Notes under the pieces: model-generated
The model's database searches: none
What the model saw: only the letters and a program-made list of their open reading frames with translations
Told to the model about the DNA's origin: nothing
Position numbers and translations under genes: made by a program
DNA from: Malacoraja senta
Lineage: Eukaryota
Assembly: GCA_038087875.1 (NCBI GenBank)
Contig: CM075989.1
Location: 1,426,001-1,490,000, forward strand
Direction of reading: 5' to 3'
DNA length: 64,000 nt
Part shown: positions 49,499-62,038 of the stretch, piece after piece
Position numbering within the stretch: the first letter of the stretch is position 1
Layout: every line of letters begins with the position of its first letter

Positions 49499-52177
49499 GG
49501 CACTTGAGAGGTTACTCTCAAGTGCCATAATGAACAGGCGTGGCCTGTTCATTGTGAAAGATGGAGGATGTCGGTTCATAATTGATTTAACTCGCATGTG
49601 CAACATAGACGTTTCAGTATATGGAACTTCGTTACTGTCTAACAACTGATTTCCTTAGGATCTTTATGGCATGCATTGATCTCAAAGATGCATAATATTC
49701 AGGTCCCATTCACAGGGATCACCGGAGACATTTGAAATTTATCTGGATGGGGCAATGATAACAGTTAATGCGTTGCAAAATGGGCTAACTCCAGCTCCCG
49801 GGTTATATACCAAATTACTAAAACCGGTGCTTGGACAGCTTAGAGCTCAAAAACACTTGTTATGGCTTAAACTGGATGATATTCTAAACGCTGTGTTTAG
49901 CTAAAATCAACTGTTTCAGCCGCAACTATATTTGAGATATTGAGGTTCCTCATCCATCCAGTTAAATTTAACCAACTAGAGTTATTGATTATTCGGATTT
50001 ACCTTTAACTAATAATTTATCTGTGACTCCGCCCTGGGGCAAGAAATTGGAATCAATAGAAGCCTGTAACAACCTTGTTATTAGGCAGCCTTCTATTCAT
50101 CAAGTGTAATTGGCAATATAGCAGCCGTGTTTCAGCTGTGCAATTGGGCCTTTGCATTATCAGAACTTACAACGTGCAAAGTAGTAACATTTCAAGTGCC
50201 ACATAGGTCATTGTTAACAAACCTATGTTATTACCAGCTGAAGCTACCAAAGTCACAATGGTGGACAAACAGTATTCAGCATTGCTCCAGTAGTTTTGGT
50301 CAGTAAATCTTCAGTTCTATTACAAACTGATGCTAGTGCTCAAAGATGGAAAATTACGAATGTCATCTCTAGTAACGGAGGCGGATGGGATTTGCATGAA
50401 TTACCAATTCTTCAGTTATTGGTATCAACTACCTATAGACACTAGGTGCATACTATGAGTTAAAGGGTTATTGTGTGAATATGCATAATCTGCATGCTCA
50501 GTTCCAAGTTGATACACTGTGGTGGTGGCATATGTTAGTCACATGGGTGCAATCAAGTCATGGTTCCCGCTAATGTTGGGAATAATAATAGAGCCTTATA
50601 TGGGTATTCTAAACATAAAACTTTGCTGGTTCAGCCTGGGACTTGGGGAACCAGCGTCTGCATGATTAAATCAATTCATTGCCTTGCAGACTCTGAGAAG
50701 ACTGCTCCTGCGGCTCGGATTGTCAGACCGATCCATGTGGGTGCTCACTGTAGAGTGCAGGGATAGCACCAAAAAAGCAGTACATTTCCTCTTCAGGAGA
50801 TGGGAAGCGTTTTGTTTAAATGCTAATGTTACATATAATACGGCACGGATACTGACGTCTTAAGAGTTCATTTTCAAATGGGTCCTTGACAATAAATTAA
50901 GTTATAGTCCGATTAACTGTGCCCAACGTGCTTTCTCATCATATTTGCTGCAGCGAGCGGGACCCGCTCTGTCGGGTCTCACCCTCTGATATCCAGTTTA
51001 TTGAGGATATCTTTACACAAGTTCTCCCAGACCCAAGTACACGGAGGTATGGGATATTGACATTGTGTTAACACTACTTCACCAGGGGCTCCAGCTATAC
51101 CCCTATTTTTGGCTCGGCTCTCATAAGGTAGTTATCTCCTTGGCGCTGTTCTCATAGCAACGGGTCCAGTCATTACATAAATTGCGACTGGACAGGATGG
51201 TTATACCTGCTAATAATATAATATTTCATGTTTACGATTTAGTAAAGCAGGGCAGCCCAGGGGTGTCAGGTCTCAAACTAGTTCTCATGGCATACCCCAT
51301 GGACCTTTGGTTATGTGTGGTCACACATTTACAACATTACGCAAGGTCACCTAGAGCCTTAGAGGCTCTGATACTAGCTATGTTTGTTAGTTACAAACAA
51401 CCTCATAAGAAGGTATCAGTTCAGACCATCTCCAGGTGGTTTAAAACGGGGTTTTGGCTTATGCAGGAGTAGATACTAATTTTCTAATCTCACTCCACCA
51501 GGGCTGCTACAACATCAGCAGCAAGGGTTATGTATGGTCCTTTGGACCACATCCTAGCGACTGCAGGATGGTCTAACGAACGAGTTTCCAAACATTTTAT
51601 ATTAACCCATTGCCAGACCAGGGGTATTTGCCAACTCTATTTTAGGTTCTATTTTATAGTTGCCCCCCGGATGAGAGGGGTTACTATTTTTATTATTTGT
51701 TCATTTATCAGCATCAGCATGGTTTAAATTTATGTCATGTCTGTATGCATTATGAATGTTTTCCTTATCTGTGGTCAACTGATGCAGTCGTGCTTATGTG
51801 GACTTGTTTTCCACGGCATGAAATCACAGAGCTTTGAAATCTTCACGTAGTCACTCACGTGACTCCGAAGTAAAATAGTAAGATTAAACGTGAATTTACC
51901 AGTTTGAAGTTTGATCTTTATTTTATGAGGAGTTACGACGAGCGATTACGTGCCCTCCGCTCCCAACCCTCGTATCATAAAGGTCATCTGGTAGTTCTAG
52001 TCCTCTCTAATCTTACTATGTTCAGTTCACCAACTGTTATCTGTGATTTCACACCGCTGCTTTGAAGATTGACGCGCATGCGGGCTGACGGCCTTCTTCA
52101 CGTAATCGCTCATCGTATCTCCTCATAAAATAAAGATCAAACTTCAAACTGGTAAGTTCTCATTTAATCTTACTATT

Positions 52178-53463
52178 AAACATGTGAATTAAATAAAATA
52201 CCAGAGCAAAAGGAGGCTACAGATTTTTGGTTATTGAGTAGAGCTACCACTCGTTTTTATGTCTGGCTGTGGCAGCTTTGACAATCCGGAATCGCCTTCC
52301 AAAGGGAAGTGATTCAAAAACATTGTGGCCAGGGTGAGAGGGGTCAGAGATGATCTTACCCGCTCACGGGAAGTGGCGGCGCTGTCGAACAGCAGCGGCT
52401 CGCCTGCAGTCCGTCTGTTTTTACTTTTGTTGTTGTTTTCTTTTGTCCTGTTTTAGTTAAATTTTAGTTTATTGGGTTGTGTATGTGTGGGGTGGGGGGG
52501 TGAAATGATTTTTGTCTCTTCCTTCGGGGGAATGCAACTTTTTCTTGTCGTATCCCCCTTCTCTGCCTCCGTCTGCGCCGAGGCCTAATGGCGGAGCTGC
52601 CGGCCTCCAACTCCAACTGCGAGCGACCGACCTCGAGGCTCCGGAGGCAGAGCCAGGACTTACCAGCGCGGGGCTGGCCTGCTTCGGGGCTGCGGTGGCG
52701 TTCCAGCGGTGGCGACCGAGGACACTGATGGCGACCTGAGTCCGGAGGCTTGGCTGCGGGCCCGGTGGACGACATCGTCGGGAGCTTGCAGGTCACAGGT
52801 GGGTGACCTGTTTTTCTGGGGCTCCCGCAACTACAGCTGCGTCCGCTGGACTGGAGGGCGGCAGCTTCGGCAGCCTCGGCCATCCCCGGGCCGCGGAGTT
52901 TGAACCGGCCCGTCGCGGAGCACGGATTCAGCCGCGGGTTTGACTTACCATCACCCGGCGGGGTCACAACATCAGAAGCCTGGATCGCCTCAGCGCAGAG
53001 GAAGAACAAAGCAGGAAGAGACAGAGACTTTAAGACTTTTGCCTCCATCACAGTGAGGAGGTGCCTGGTGAACTCACTGTGGTGGATGTTAATTTGTGTT
53101 TATTGTGTGTTTTGTTATTTATTATTATATGTATGACTACAGGCAACGAAATTTCGTTCAGACCGAAAGGTCTGAATGACAAATAAAGGAATCTCTAATC
53201 TCTAATCTCTAATCACTTCCTGGCCCTTGCAGTGTACAGTTCGTCAATGGAGGGAAGGTTGCGGTCAATAACCTCAGCTGATCGGATAATTCACTGCAGC
53301 CTCCGGATGTCGTGCTTGGTGACTGAGCCAAACCAGACCATGATGGAAAAGGTGAGGACAGACTCTAAGAGGGCCGTGTAGAATTGGACCATCATTGCCT
53401 GTGGCAGACTGTGCTTCCTCAGCTGCTGCAGGAAGTACATCCTCTGTTGTGCGTTTTTTGACC
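52178..53463 (-). mobile_element. Rex1-type LINE 3' fragment (52178-52367 plus 53213-53463) split by an insert
   Basis: AQQRMYFLQQLRKHSLP...FYTALLESVLTFS; CCCGCTCAC|TTCCTGGCC is continuous across the insert. Confidence 0.8.
52368..53212 (+). mobile_element. Non-coding CpG-rich retroposon with a LINE-type 3' stem-loop and (TCTCTAA)n tail
   Basis: TCAC TSD at 52364-52367 and 53213-53216; TTCAGACC-GAAA-GGTCTGAA hairpin, then AATAAA and tandem tail. Confidence 0.75.
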
Positions 53464-53594
53464 TATATTCCTTAATTCCGTGTGGGATTTTTCTGTTGAA
53501 TACTCGTTGTACTGTTATGTAGTAGAAATTGCAATACAATCTTTCAGATGAGCTAATCACAATTTTCAGACCCCATTCCTGCTTCACACATTTG

Positions 53595-53902
53595 TTTATT
53601 TAGTATAGATTAAAGATACAGCGTGGAAATAGGCACTTCTGCCCACTGATACCACGCCGCCCAGTGATCGCCCCTGTACATTGGCACTACCCAACACACT
53701 AGGGACATTTTTTAACAATTTACCAAAGCTAATTAACGTACAAACCGTCTTTGGAGCGTGGGCGGAAACCGGGGCACTTGGAGAAAACCCACGCGGTCAC
53801 GGGGAGAATGTACAAACTGCATACAGACAGCACCCGTGGTCTTTCAAACCCAGGTCCATGGCGCTGTAAGGCAGCAACTCTAACGCTGCACCACTGTGCC
53901 AC
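53595..53902 (-). mobile_element. tRNA-derived SINE
   Basis: Family match. Confidence 0.8.
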
Positions 53903-54254
53903 CCTCAGACAGTTCTGAGTTAGGATCTTTCATCTGGACCAGATATTGGAGAATTCCACCCAGCCATTCGTTGTCCCATTCTCTCTCCTGATCTGCCCAG
54001 GTCCTCTCACACACACCCCTTTCCAATCCCATCCTCTGCCAGCTCCCAATCCCTCAGTTACTTGACCATCACCAACATATTCCTCCCACAAGGTCCTGTA
54101 TCTCCTTCCTCCCGCTGTTCCCGTCTGTCCACCATCCCTTCCTAACTGACTCCACTCTTCACCTTCGTCAGATTCTGCTACCTGCCTCCGTTTGTTTTCT
54201 CCACTAATCACCTCCCAGCCTCTGTTGCTATCTCCACCTATCCCTCCCCTGCTG

Positions 54255-54540
54255 GGTGGCACAGTGGTGCAGCTGGTAGAGCTGCTGCCTCACAGCACCA
54301 GAGACCCAGGTTTGATGCTGACCTCGGGTGTTGTCTGTGTGGTGTTTGCACGTTGTCCATGTGACCACATAGGTTTCCTCCGGGTGCTCCAGTTTCCTCC
54401 TATATCCCAAAGACATGCGGGATTGTAGAATAATTGCTCCCTGTGTGTAGGGAGTGGATAAGAAAGTGGGATAACATTGAACTTGTCTGATTGGGTGATT
54501 GATGGTCGGTATGGACTCAATGGGCCAAAAGGCCTGTTTC
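54255..54540 (+). mobile_element. tRNA-derived SINE
   Basis: GGTGGCACAGTGGTGCAGCTGGTAGAG head. Confidence 0.8.
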
Positions 54541-55792
54541 CAAGCCCTATCCTTTAATAAATGTAATCATTCAATCAACTGACTCCATCTACTCATCACT
54601 CCAGCTCATCGGGATCCACCTGTCCATCTGCCCTCACCTCTTTGTTCCTGCTATCTCCCCTTTAACTTTCAAAGTCAGATGAAGGATCTGAAACGTTGAC
54701 TGTCCATTTCTCTCCACAGATGCTGCCCGACCCACTGAGTCCCACCAACAGCTCTATTCTTGACGAAAAATAATAACTTTGAGTTTGCAATCTTACTTTC
54801 ACATTCATCCATGGAACATTGATGTAGTTGGATTGGACTGTCCACCTCACTGGTCCCAGAACACAAGTTAATTTTCATCACGCTGGTGGGTCATGAGCCA
54901 CACGTAGGCAGAGTGTGGTTGATGACAAGTTTAGTCTTCAAATAGCAGTATTGTTGTGGGAATTTACCACAATGCAGCAGGATGATGGTTAAAGTTGCTG
55001 AGGCTACCTTCTTTTTGAATTCCAGATTTATTTCATTAGAATGTAATTAAAATTAAGCTGCAAAGATGGGATTTGAACTCAGGACACTGAAACAATGGTC
55101 CAACATGGTTCCTCTTATGGGTGTGGTGAATCAGTCATACTTCATATTTATATTCGTATTTCCCCAATGACGTAAAGTGAGGCCATTCAGTCCATCGAGT
55201 TTCTGCTGGTTCTCGGAGATCCACATCCACATCCACTCACTGAGATTTTGGTTCCCACACTTTCCCCTACTTGTTGGCCACGATTCCCACACTCCCATTC
55301 AACTCACTGAAGCCCGATCTTCCATCCCATCTTCATACTGTCCCAGGACTTGCCCCACACTTCCTTTAAACTTCTCGGGTTCACTGGGAAATGCGTTAAA
55401 ATAAAATGCAACATAGAGTCATAGAGTCGTAGAGTGATACAGTGTGGAAACAGGCCATTCGGCCCAACTTGCCCACACTGGCCAACATGTCCCAGCAACA
55501 CCAGTCCCACCTGCCTGCTTTTGGTCCACATCCCTCCAAACCTGTCCTATCCATGTACCTGTTTAACTGTTACTTAAACATTGGGATAGACCCAGCCTCT
55601 ACTACCTCCTCCGGCAGGTTGTTCCACACACCCACCACCCTTTGTGTGAAAAAGCTACCCCTCAAGATTCATATTAAATCGTTTTCTATTCATCTTGAAC
55701 CTATGTCCTCTGGTCCTCGATTCCCCTGCTCTGGGCAAGAGTTCCGGACATCTGAGAAACGTCCATCAAAACCATGTCAGTATACTCATGTA

Positions 55793-56522
55793 AGTTTTAG
55801 TTTAGTTTGAGTTTCTGAGGTACAGCATGGAAACAGGCCCTTCAACCCATCGGGTCCACACCGACCGATGCTCACCCATGCACTAGTTCTATGTGATCCC
55901 AATTTTACATGTTACGCACTGGGGGCAATTTACAGAAGCAAACCTGTACGTCTTTGGGATGTGGGAGGAAACTGAAGCATCCAGAAAAACGAACAAGGTC
56001 ACAGGGAGAACGTGCAAACTCCATACAGACAGCACCCGTAGTCAGATCTGTTATCCTGTTGCCTGCAAATTCTACCTGTCCAGGAGCATCTAAGTCCCGT
56101 GCACATTATATGATTACAACATTGCCATATTTCCATATAACCTCCTTAATCTCCCACCATCGTAGCTTTAAGGTGAGAGGGGCAAGGTTCAAAGGAAATT
56201 AGCTCCGTTTAGTTTAGTTTAGAGATACAGTGCAGAAAGATGCCCTTTGGCCCACCAAGTCCACGCCGACTAGCGAACACTGTGTACAATTAACACTATC
56301 TTACACACTGGGGCCAATTTACCTTTTTTTTAACCAAAGCCAATTAACCTTCAAACCTGCACGTCTTTGGAGTGTGGGAGGAAACTGTAGCACCCGGAGA
56401 AAACCCACGCAGGTCACGGGGCAAACGTACAAACTCCATACAGACAGCACCAATAGTCAGGATCAAACCCAGGTCCCTGGCGCTGTGACACAGCCATTCC
56501 ACCGCTGTGCCACTGTGCCGCC
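55793..56522 (-). mobile_element. Two tRNA-derived SINEs (55793-56043 partial; 56207-56522 full)
   Basis: Family match with (GTTTA)n tails. Confidence 0.78.
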
Positions 56523-56950
56523 TCAGATGAGCGGGGCAAGTCTTTTACATGAGGGTGGTGGGGCGGCATATGGATATGCAGGGAATAGAGGGATATGGAC
56601 TATGAGCAGACAGATAAGAGTTGGCCTTAGATTCATGTTCAGCACGGACATTATGGACCGAAGAGCCTGTTCTTGTCTTATATTGTCTATGTTCTATGTT
56701 TTTAACTCCCACCTATGCCAGGGGTAGTTTACAATGACCAATCAACCAGTGTGGGTTTGGAATGTGGTAGAAAGCCGGAGTACCTGGTGGAAACCCATGT
56801 GGTCATTGGAAGAACTTGCAAACTCCACAGAGACAGAATCAGAGATCAGGACGGAACCCGGTCACTGAACAGCTCCACCAGTGCGTTGCCTCCCAACGAT
56901 ATATATATAGTCATACCACGTCTGGATAAAGTCTGGTGGCACAGCAGTAA

Positions 56951-58219
56951 ATGGGCCTGTCCCACTTAGGCGATTTTTCAGACGACTGCCGGCGACTGTC
57001 GAGTTGTAGCAGGTCGCGGAAAAACCAACGACTGGAACGGCGACTGTCAGAGTGGAACACGCACGCACACACACATCGCTTCCTTCACCAGCCAGTTATG
57101 CAGGCGGGGGACAGGGCAAGCGGGGGGAGCTCTGTCTGAGTGAAATTCACACGGTGCAAAGCCAATGTGATACAGACACACACCGCGATGAACAGGAAGG
57201 TTGGAGCTGTAATTAAGATGGTGAAACATAGAAAATAGGTGCAGGAGGAGGCCATTCGACCCTTCGAGCCAGCACCGCCATTCAATATGATCATGGCTGA
57301 TCATCCCCAATCAATAACCCGTGCCTGCCTTCTTCCCATATCCCTTGAGTCCACTAGCCCCTAGAGCTCCATCTAACTCTCTCTTAAATCCATCCAGTGA
57401 CTTGGCCTCCACTGCCCTCTGTGGCAGGGAATTCCACAAATTCACAACTCTCTGGGTGAAAAAGTTTGTTCTCACCTCAGTCTTAAATGGCTTCCCCTTT
57501 ATTCTAAGACTGTGGCCCCTGATTCTGGACTCGCCCAACATTGGGAACATTTTTCCTGCATCTAACTTGTCCAGTCCTTTTATAATTTTATATGTTTCTA
57601 TAAGATACCCCCTCATCCTTCTAAACTCCAGTGAATACAAGCCTAGTCTTTCCAATCTTTCCTCATATGACAGTCCTGCCATCCCAGGGATCAATCTCGT
57701 GATCTACGCTGCACTGCACAGTGTACGGGAAGGGTCACATAAGTCCTTTAAAAGAGGGGTGAGAGGGGGGGTGGGGGGAGAAGGGGGCACAATGAGTGGA
57801 GACAACTTTTAAGATTCACGGTTGTGAATCTCGGCAGACATTGACATTACCGGTCGGTTCTCCTTGGTTCCGAAAACTACTGTTTTGTTTCCCAATGAGC
57901 CAATGAAATTGACCGGTCAGCACCGACGAAAACCTACGACAATCTACCAAGTCCTGGTGACCCACTACCACTGCACCTATCTCACGAGAATTCTCACTAC
58001 TCTCCATGGCGTCAAAATTCTGGTCGCCGCTAAATTTTCAACATGTTAAAAAATGAGCGGCGAGCAGAATGAAGCCGTGACTAGTTACGAGAATGCGGGA
58101 ACTACTCACCACCATGCAGGCGACACACCGGCAACCTCCGGCGAACATGTGGCGACCTTGTGGTGACCTTATAGTCTCCTGTAGTCACCTAAAAAGTTGC
58201 ATAAGTGGGACAGGCCCAT
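56951..58219. mobile_element. Non-autonomous DNA transposon (probably PIF/Harbinger) with a nested CR1
   Basis: 18-bp TIR ATGGGCCTGTCCCACTTA / TAAGTGGGACAGGCCCAT; flanks TAA and TAC; shares CTGTCCCACT with the MITE at 18291. Confidence 0.8.
57226..57716 (-). mobile_element. CR1/HER1 LINE 3' fragment
   Basis: IPGMAGLSYEERLERLGLYSLEFRR...; ACATAGAA tail. Confidence 0.9.
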
Positions 58220-58245
58220 TACAGTGCAAGAGATCTGGGCTTGAT

Positions 58246-59580
58246 CTTTTTTTTTTTTTTTGTGATATAAATGTTTATTAGAAGCAAACATATTATAATG
58301 TAGAGTAACATATTATAATAGAAGAAGAAAAAACTTTTCATATACATCAATCACTCATACATTATTAAATTTGTCAATTGTCAGTTAATTCTGCTTCTAG
58401 TGTTTTTTTTTAAATATAGATAGAAAAAGAAAAATAGAGAGAAAGAAGAATTACAATATCAAAAAAGAAAAAGAGGTGGAATGAATTACTTATAATACGT
58501 CATAGGAGATAAGTTCGTAGGTTATGAAATATAATTACATCTAATCCTGAGTTCAAGCTTCAGTTGGGCTTTCGCGCTGGGCCACTCTATCCCTTCAAAT
58601 AGGCAATGAATGGAGCCCATATTTTAACAAAAAGTTCTTGCTTGTCCATTAAGACGAGTCTAATTCTTTCTAGATGTAGGGTCTCCGACATTTCCACAAT
58701 CCACATTTTAATTGTGGGGGTTGTAGGGCTTTTCCAGAATTTTAATATTAATTTCATCCCAGTTATTATACTGTAGTCAAGGAAGTTTCTTTGTTGTGAG
58801 TGTTAAACTTTGTTCTGATATCCCAAGTATTATTAATTTTGAGTCTGGAGCCAATTTGGTATTAACAACATCAGAAATTATTTGAAAAATATCAGTCCAG
58901 TAATTTTTAATTTTTATACAATTTGCAAAGGTATGTGTTAAATTGGCCTCTAGATGCAGGCATTTATCACATATAGGAGAGATATGTGGGAAAATTCTAT
59001 TTAGTTTTATTTTGGAGTAATGTAATCTGTGTAAGACTTTAAATTGTATTAAAACATGTCTGGCATTTAACGAACATTGATGTATATGTTGTAAACTTTC
59101 GTCCCAAATATCTTTCATAATAGGATAACCTAACTCATTTTCCCATTTATGTCTATATAGTTCCATCGGTGGTACCTCGTTATTTAGGAGAATGTTATAA
59201 ATATAAGCTATTAATTTTTCAGTGTTAGGATGCTTATTCAAACATTCATCAAGAATTTCTGGTTCCCTAGTCCTATAAACTTGTGTATTGGATTTAACAT
59301 AATCTCTAATTTGTAAATATCCGAAAAAGTTATTTGAGTGTAGTCCATGATTCTGTTGTAACTCTTGAAATGACAGAAAGATGCCTTCCCTATAAAGATG
59401 TCCAATCCTTTTAATTCCATAATTTTTCCATTGTATAAAACCTCTATCCAATATGGATGGCTTGAATAGAGGATTATTTACAATGGGAAGACATAGTGGT
59501 ATATTATTCAGTTTTAAAGCCTTTTTTAATTGTTTCCAAATTCGTATTCCACTATGTATTATAGGGTTTTCCTTATAGGT
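58246..59580 (-). mobile_element. L1-clade LINE 3' fragment
   Basis: ORF2 C-terminus QFKVLHRLHYS...CDKC-x8-H-x4-C; AATAAA and poly(A) tail (T run at about 58247-58261). Confidence 0.88.
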
Positions 59581-59609
59581 TTTTTAATGCAATTTTGTGG
59601 AAGCTTGAT

Positions 59610-60082
59610 CTTGACTACGGGTGCTTGTCTGTATGGAATTTGTACGTTCTCCCCGTGATCCGTGTGGGTTTTCTCCGGGATCTCCGCTTTATTTCCCACA
59701 CTACAAAAACATACAGGTTTGTAGGTTAATTTGGTTTGGCAAAATTGTAAATTGTCCATAGTGTGTGTAGGATAGCATCATTTTGCGGGGATCACTGGTC
59801 AGCGTGGACTCAGTGGACCAACAGGACTGTTAATGCACTGTATTACTAAACTAAACCAACTTAAATTAAACTAAACTAAACTAAACTAGACTAAACTATG
59901 CTAGCGGCATTTTACATTGACCAATCAACCTGCGTGTCTTTGGAATGTAGGAGAAAACTGGAGTAGCTGGTGGAAACCCATGCAGTCATTGGGAGAACTT
60001 GCAAACTCCACACAGACAGAAACAGAGGTCAGAATGGAACCTGGGTCACTGAGCAGCTCCACCATTTACGCCACGGTGCCAC
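59610..60082. mobile_element. Two SINE fragments tail to tail (59610-59897 plus; 59915-60082 minus)
   Basis: Family match; (TAAAC)n tail at 59847-59897. Confidence 0.72.
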
Positions 60083-60988
60083 CCAATGATATAAACCAGT
60101 TATACCACCTGCGGCAAGAAGAGAGGTGAAACTAAGGGCTAGATTGACAGGGATGTGGAGAAAGGGTATACAGAGGGTGGTGGAGGGAGGGGAACCGTAC
60201 TGTGGAAATGATGGGAACTTGAGCTCTGTGAGGTGGGTGTGGGTTGTTGGGCCGGCAGTGGTTTAATAACAGACTGGGTAGCAGAGACTGCAACACGACC
60301 TGAGCAGTCTGAAGGGGAACTCATTGTTGTGTGAACAATTCAGGAGGTATTGGGACGGGGTACAGTGACTCTTCAGGTATAGTTTGGAAAGGTAATGGTT
60401 GAGTTGGCCAATGTTTTTCTATTTTTTTAAAATTAAAAATCAATGAATTGTGAAATAGCTTATTAAAATGAACCAGAATCCATTATCTTTTAATATAAAA
60501 ATTCAATATTTCCAATGGAAGCATGCCCTTGAATGACCCTGCCTCTACCAGCTCCTGCCCAGGAATGCATCAGCAGTTTCCTAATTTCATTGTTTATATT
60601 TTCTCCTTCAAACTTTCATTCCAGAAATAAATGAAGGAATATTTCGCCGCTGCCACTTCAGGATCAGCTCATTGAACCACAAAGTGTGGTTTAGAGGTAC
60701 AGCGCAGAAATAGGCCCTTTGGCCCACCGATTCCATGCTAACCAGTAATCACCCCGCACACTAACATTATCCTACACACACAAGTGACAATTTGCAATTA
60801 TTACCAAAGCCAATTAGCCTACAAACCTGTACGTCTTTGGAGTGTGGGAGGAAACCCGAGCACTGAGAGAAAACCCACGCGGTCACGGGGAGAATGTACA
60901 AACTCCGTACAGACAGCAATGGTCAAGATCGTGGCGTCCATGAACTTGGTTTCACTGGTCTCGGCTTTTTGTGTTATTATTTTTACAG

Positions 60989-61200
60989 AGACCACGGGCC
61001 CAGTTCTTTGGATGATTGCTCAGCATTTGCAAACCTGTTTGCTAATTGTTTCACCTGGAGTGGGTAGCTCAATGACACAGTGCAGAAAGTTGAACAAAGA
61101 TTCAAGCCCATTGCCATGTCTATCATTAGAAAATAGACACCCATTGCCGAAAGTCTTGGACAACTCCAGTAACTCCCGGTCTGTCCATACTGTATTCTAA
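60989..61200 (+). other. Exon-like unique segment, coding status unknown
   Basis: TTTTTGTGTTATTATTTTTACAG acceptor; a phase-1 frame stays open to ...SRSVHTVF*; no homology recognised. Confidence 0.2.
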
Positions 61201-61754
61201 GTTCCACAATCTTGCTGAAAGCTTTGATTTAACATCAATTATTGGGGCGGAGTGTTTGGGGTAATGTCAACGCAATGAATGAACTCTTGTGATCGAAGTA
61301 GGATCAAGCCAATTGTTTTTACCAGATTTGGTTATCCAAATTGGTAATAGTAATGGTTAAAGCACCACAGACAAACCACTGGAAACTAGGAGTTTGCGTG
61401 ATAGCTAATTCTGGTAACCAATGACTCAATAATCTAACAATAAGCATGAACATTTTCTTAAATTTCAATAATAAATTTCATCCATAGTTAAAAATATAAA
61501 CAAATCAAAAACCGTGCAAACCTCTGCACATTCTTGGTGTCTATGCATTCAGTGGTGTCATACTCAATAGTTTGGGGCCTACCTTTACACAAAACACCCT
61601 TGCCACTCATGTGGCACCTGTGTGATGTCCCTTCCCCTGTTGGAATGATATCCCCATCAATGTTATTCTTCCAGATCCCTCTTCCCTGCAACATTCCCCA
61701 GGATCCTACCATTCACTGTGAAAGTTCTGCCTTGTTTGACTTACCAAAACGGCA

Positions 61755-62038
61755 TGGAGGCACAGTGGAAGAGTTGCTGCCTTACAGCGCCAGAGACCTG
61801 GGTTCAATCCCGACTACGGGTGTTGTTATGTATGGACTTTATACGTTCTCCCCGTGCGTGCGTGGGTTTTCTCCAGGATCTCCGGTTTCATCCCACTCTC
61901 CAAAGACGTACATGTTTGTAGGTTAATTGTCTTGGTATAAATGTAAATTGTCCCTAGTGTGTGGAGGATAGTGTTGATGTGCAGTGGGCTGAAAGGCCTG
62001 TTTCTGCGCTGTATCTCTAAACTAACTAAACTAAACTG
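61755..62038 (+). mobile_element. tRNA-derived SINE
   Basis: GGTTCAATCC B box and (TAAAC)n tail. Confidence 0.82.

Larger units (their letters stand above)
45598..52177 (+). mobile_element. DIRS1-type retrotransposon, copy C (divergent subfamily, heavily decayed)
   Basis: Same ATTTTACTTC start and CTTACT end; ITR GTGAAGAAGGCCGTCAGCCCGCATGCGCGTCA with its complement near 52070-52101; ICR 51840-51951; IDLKDA, LDDI, QTDAS, HSTRAA and DHILATAGW remnants. Confidence 0.93.
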
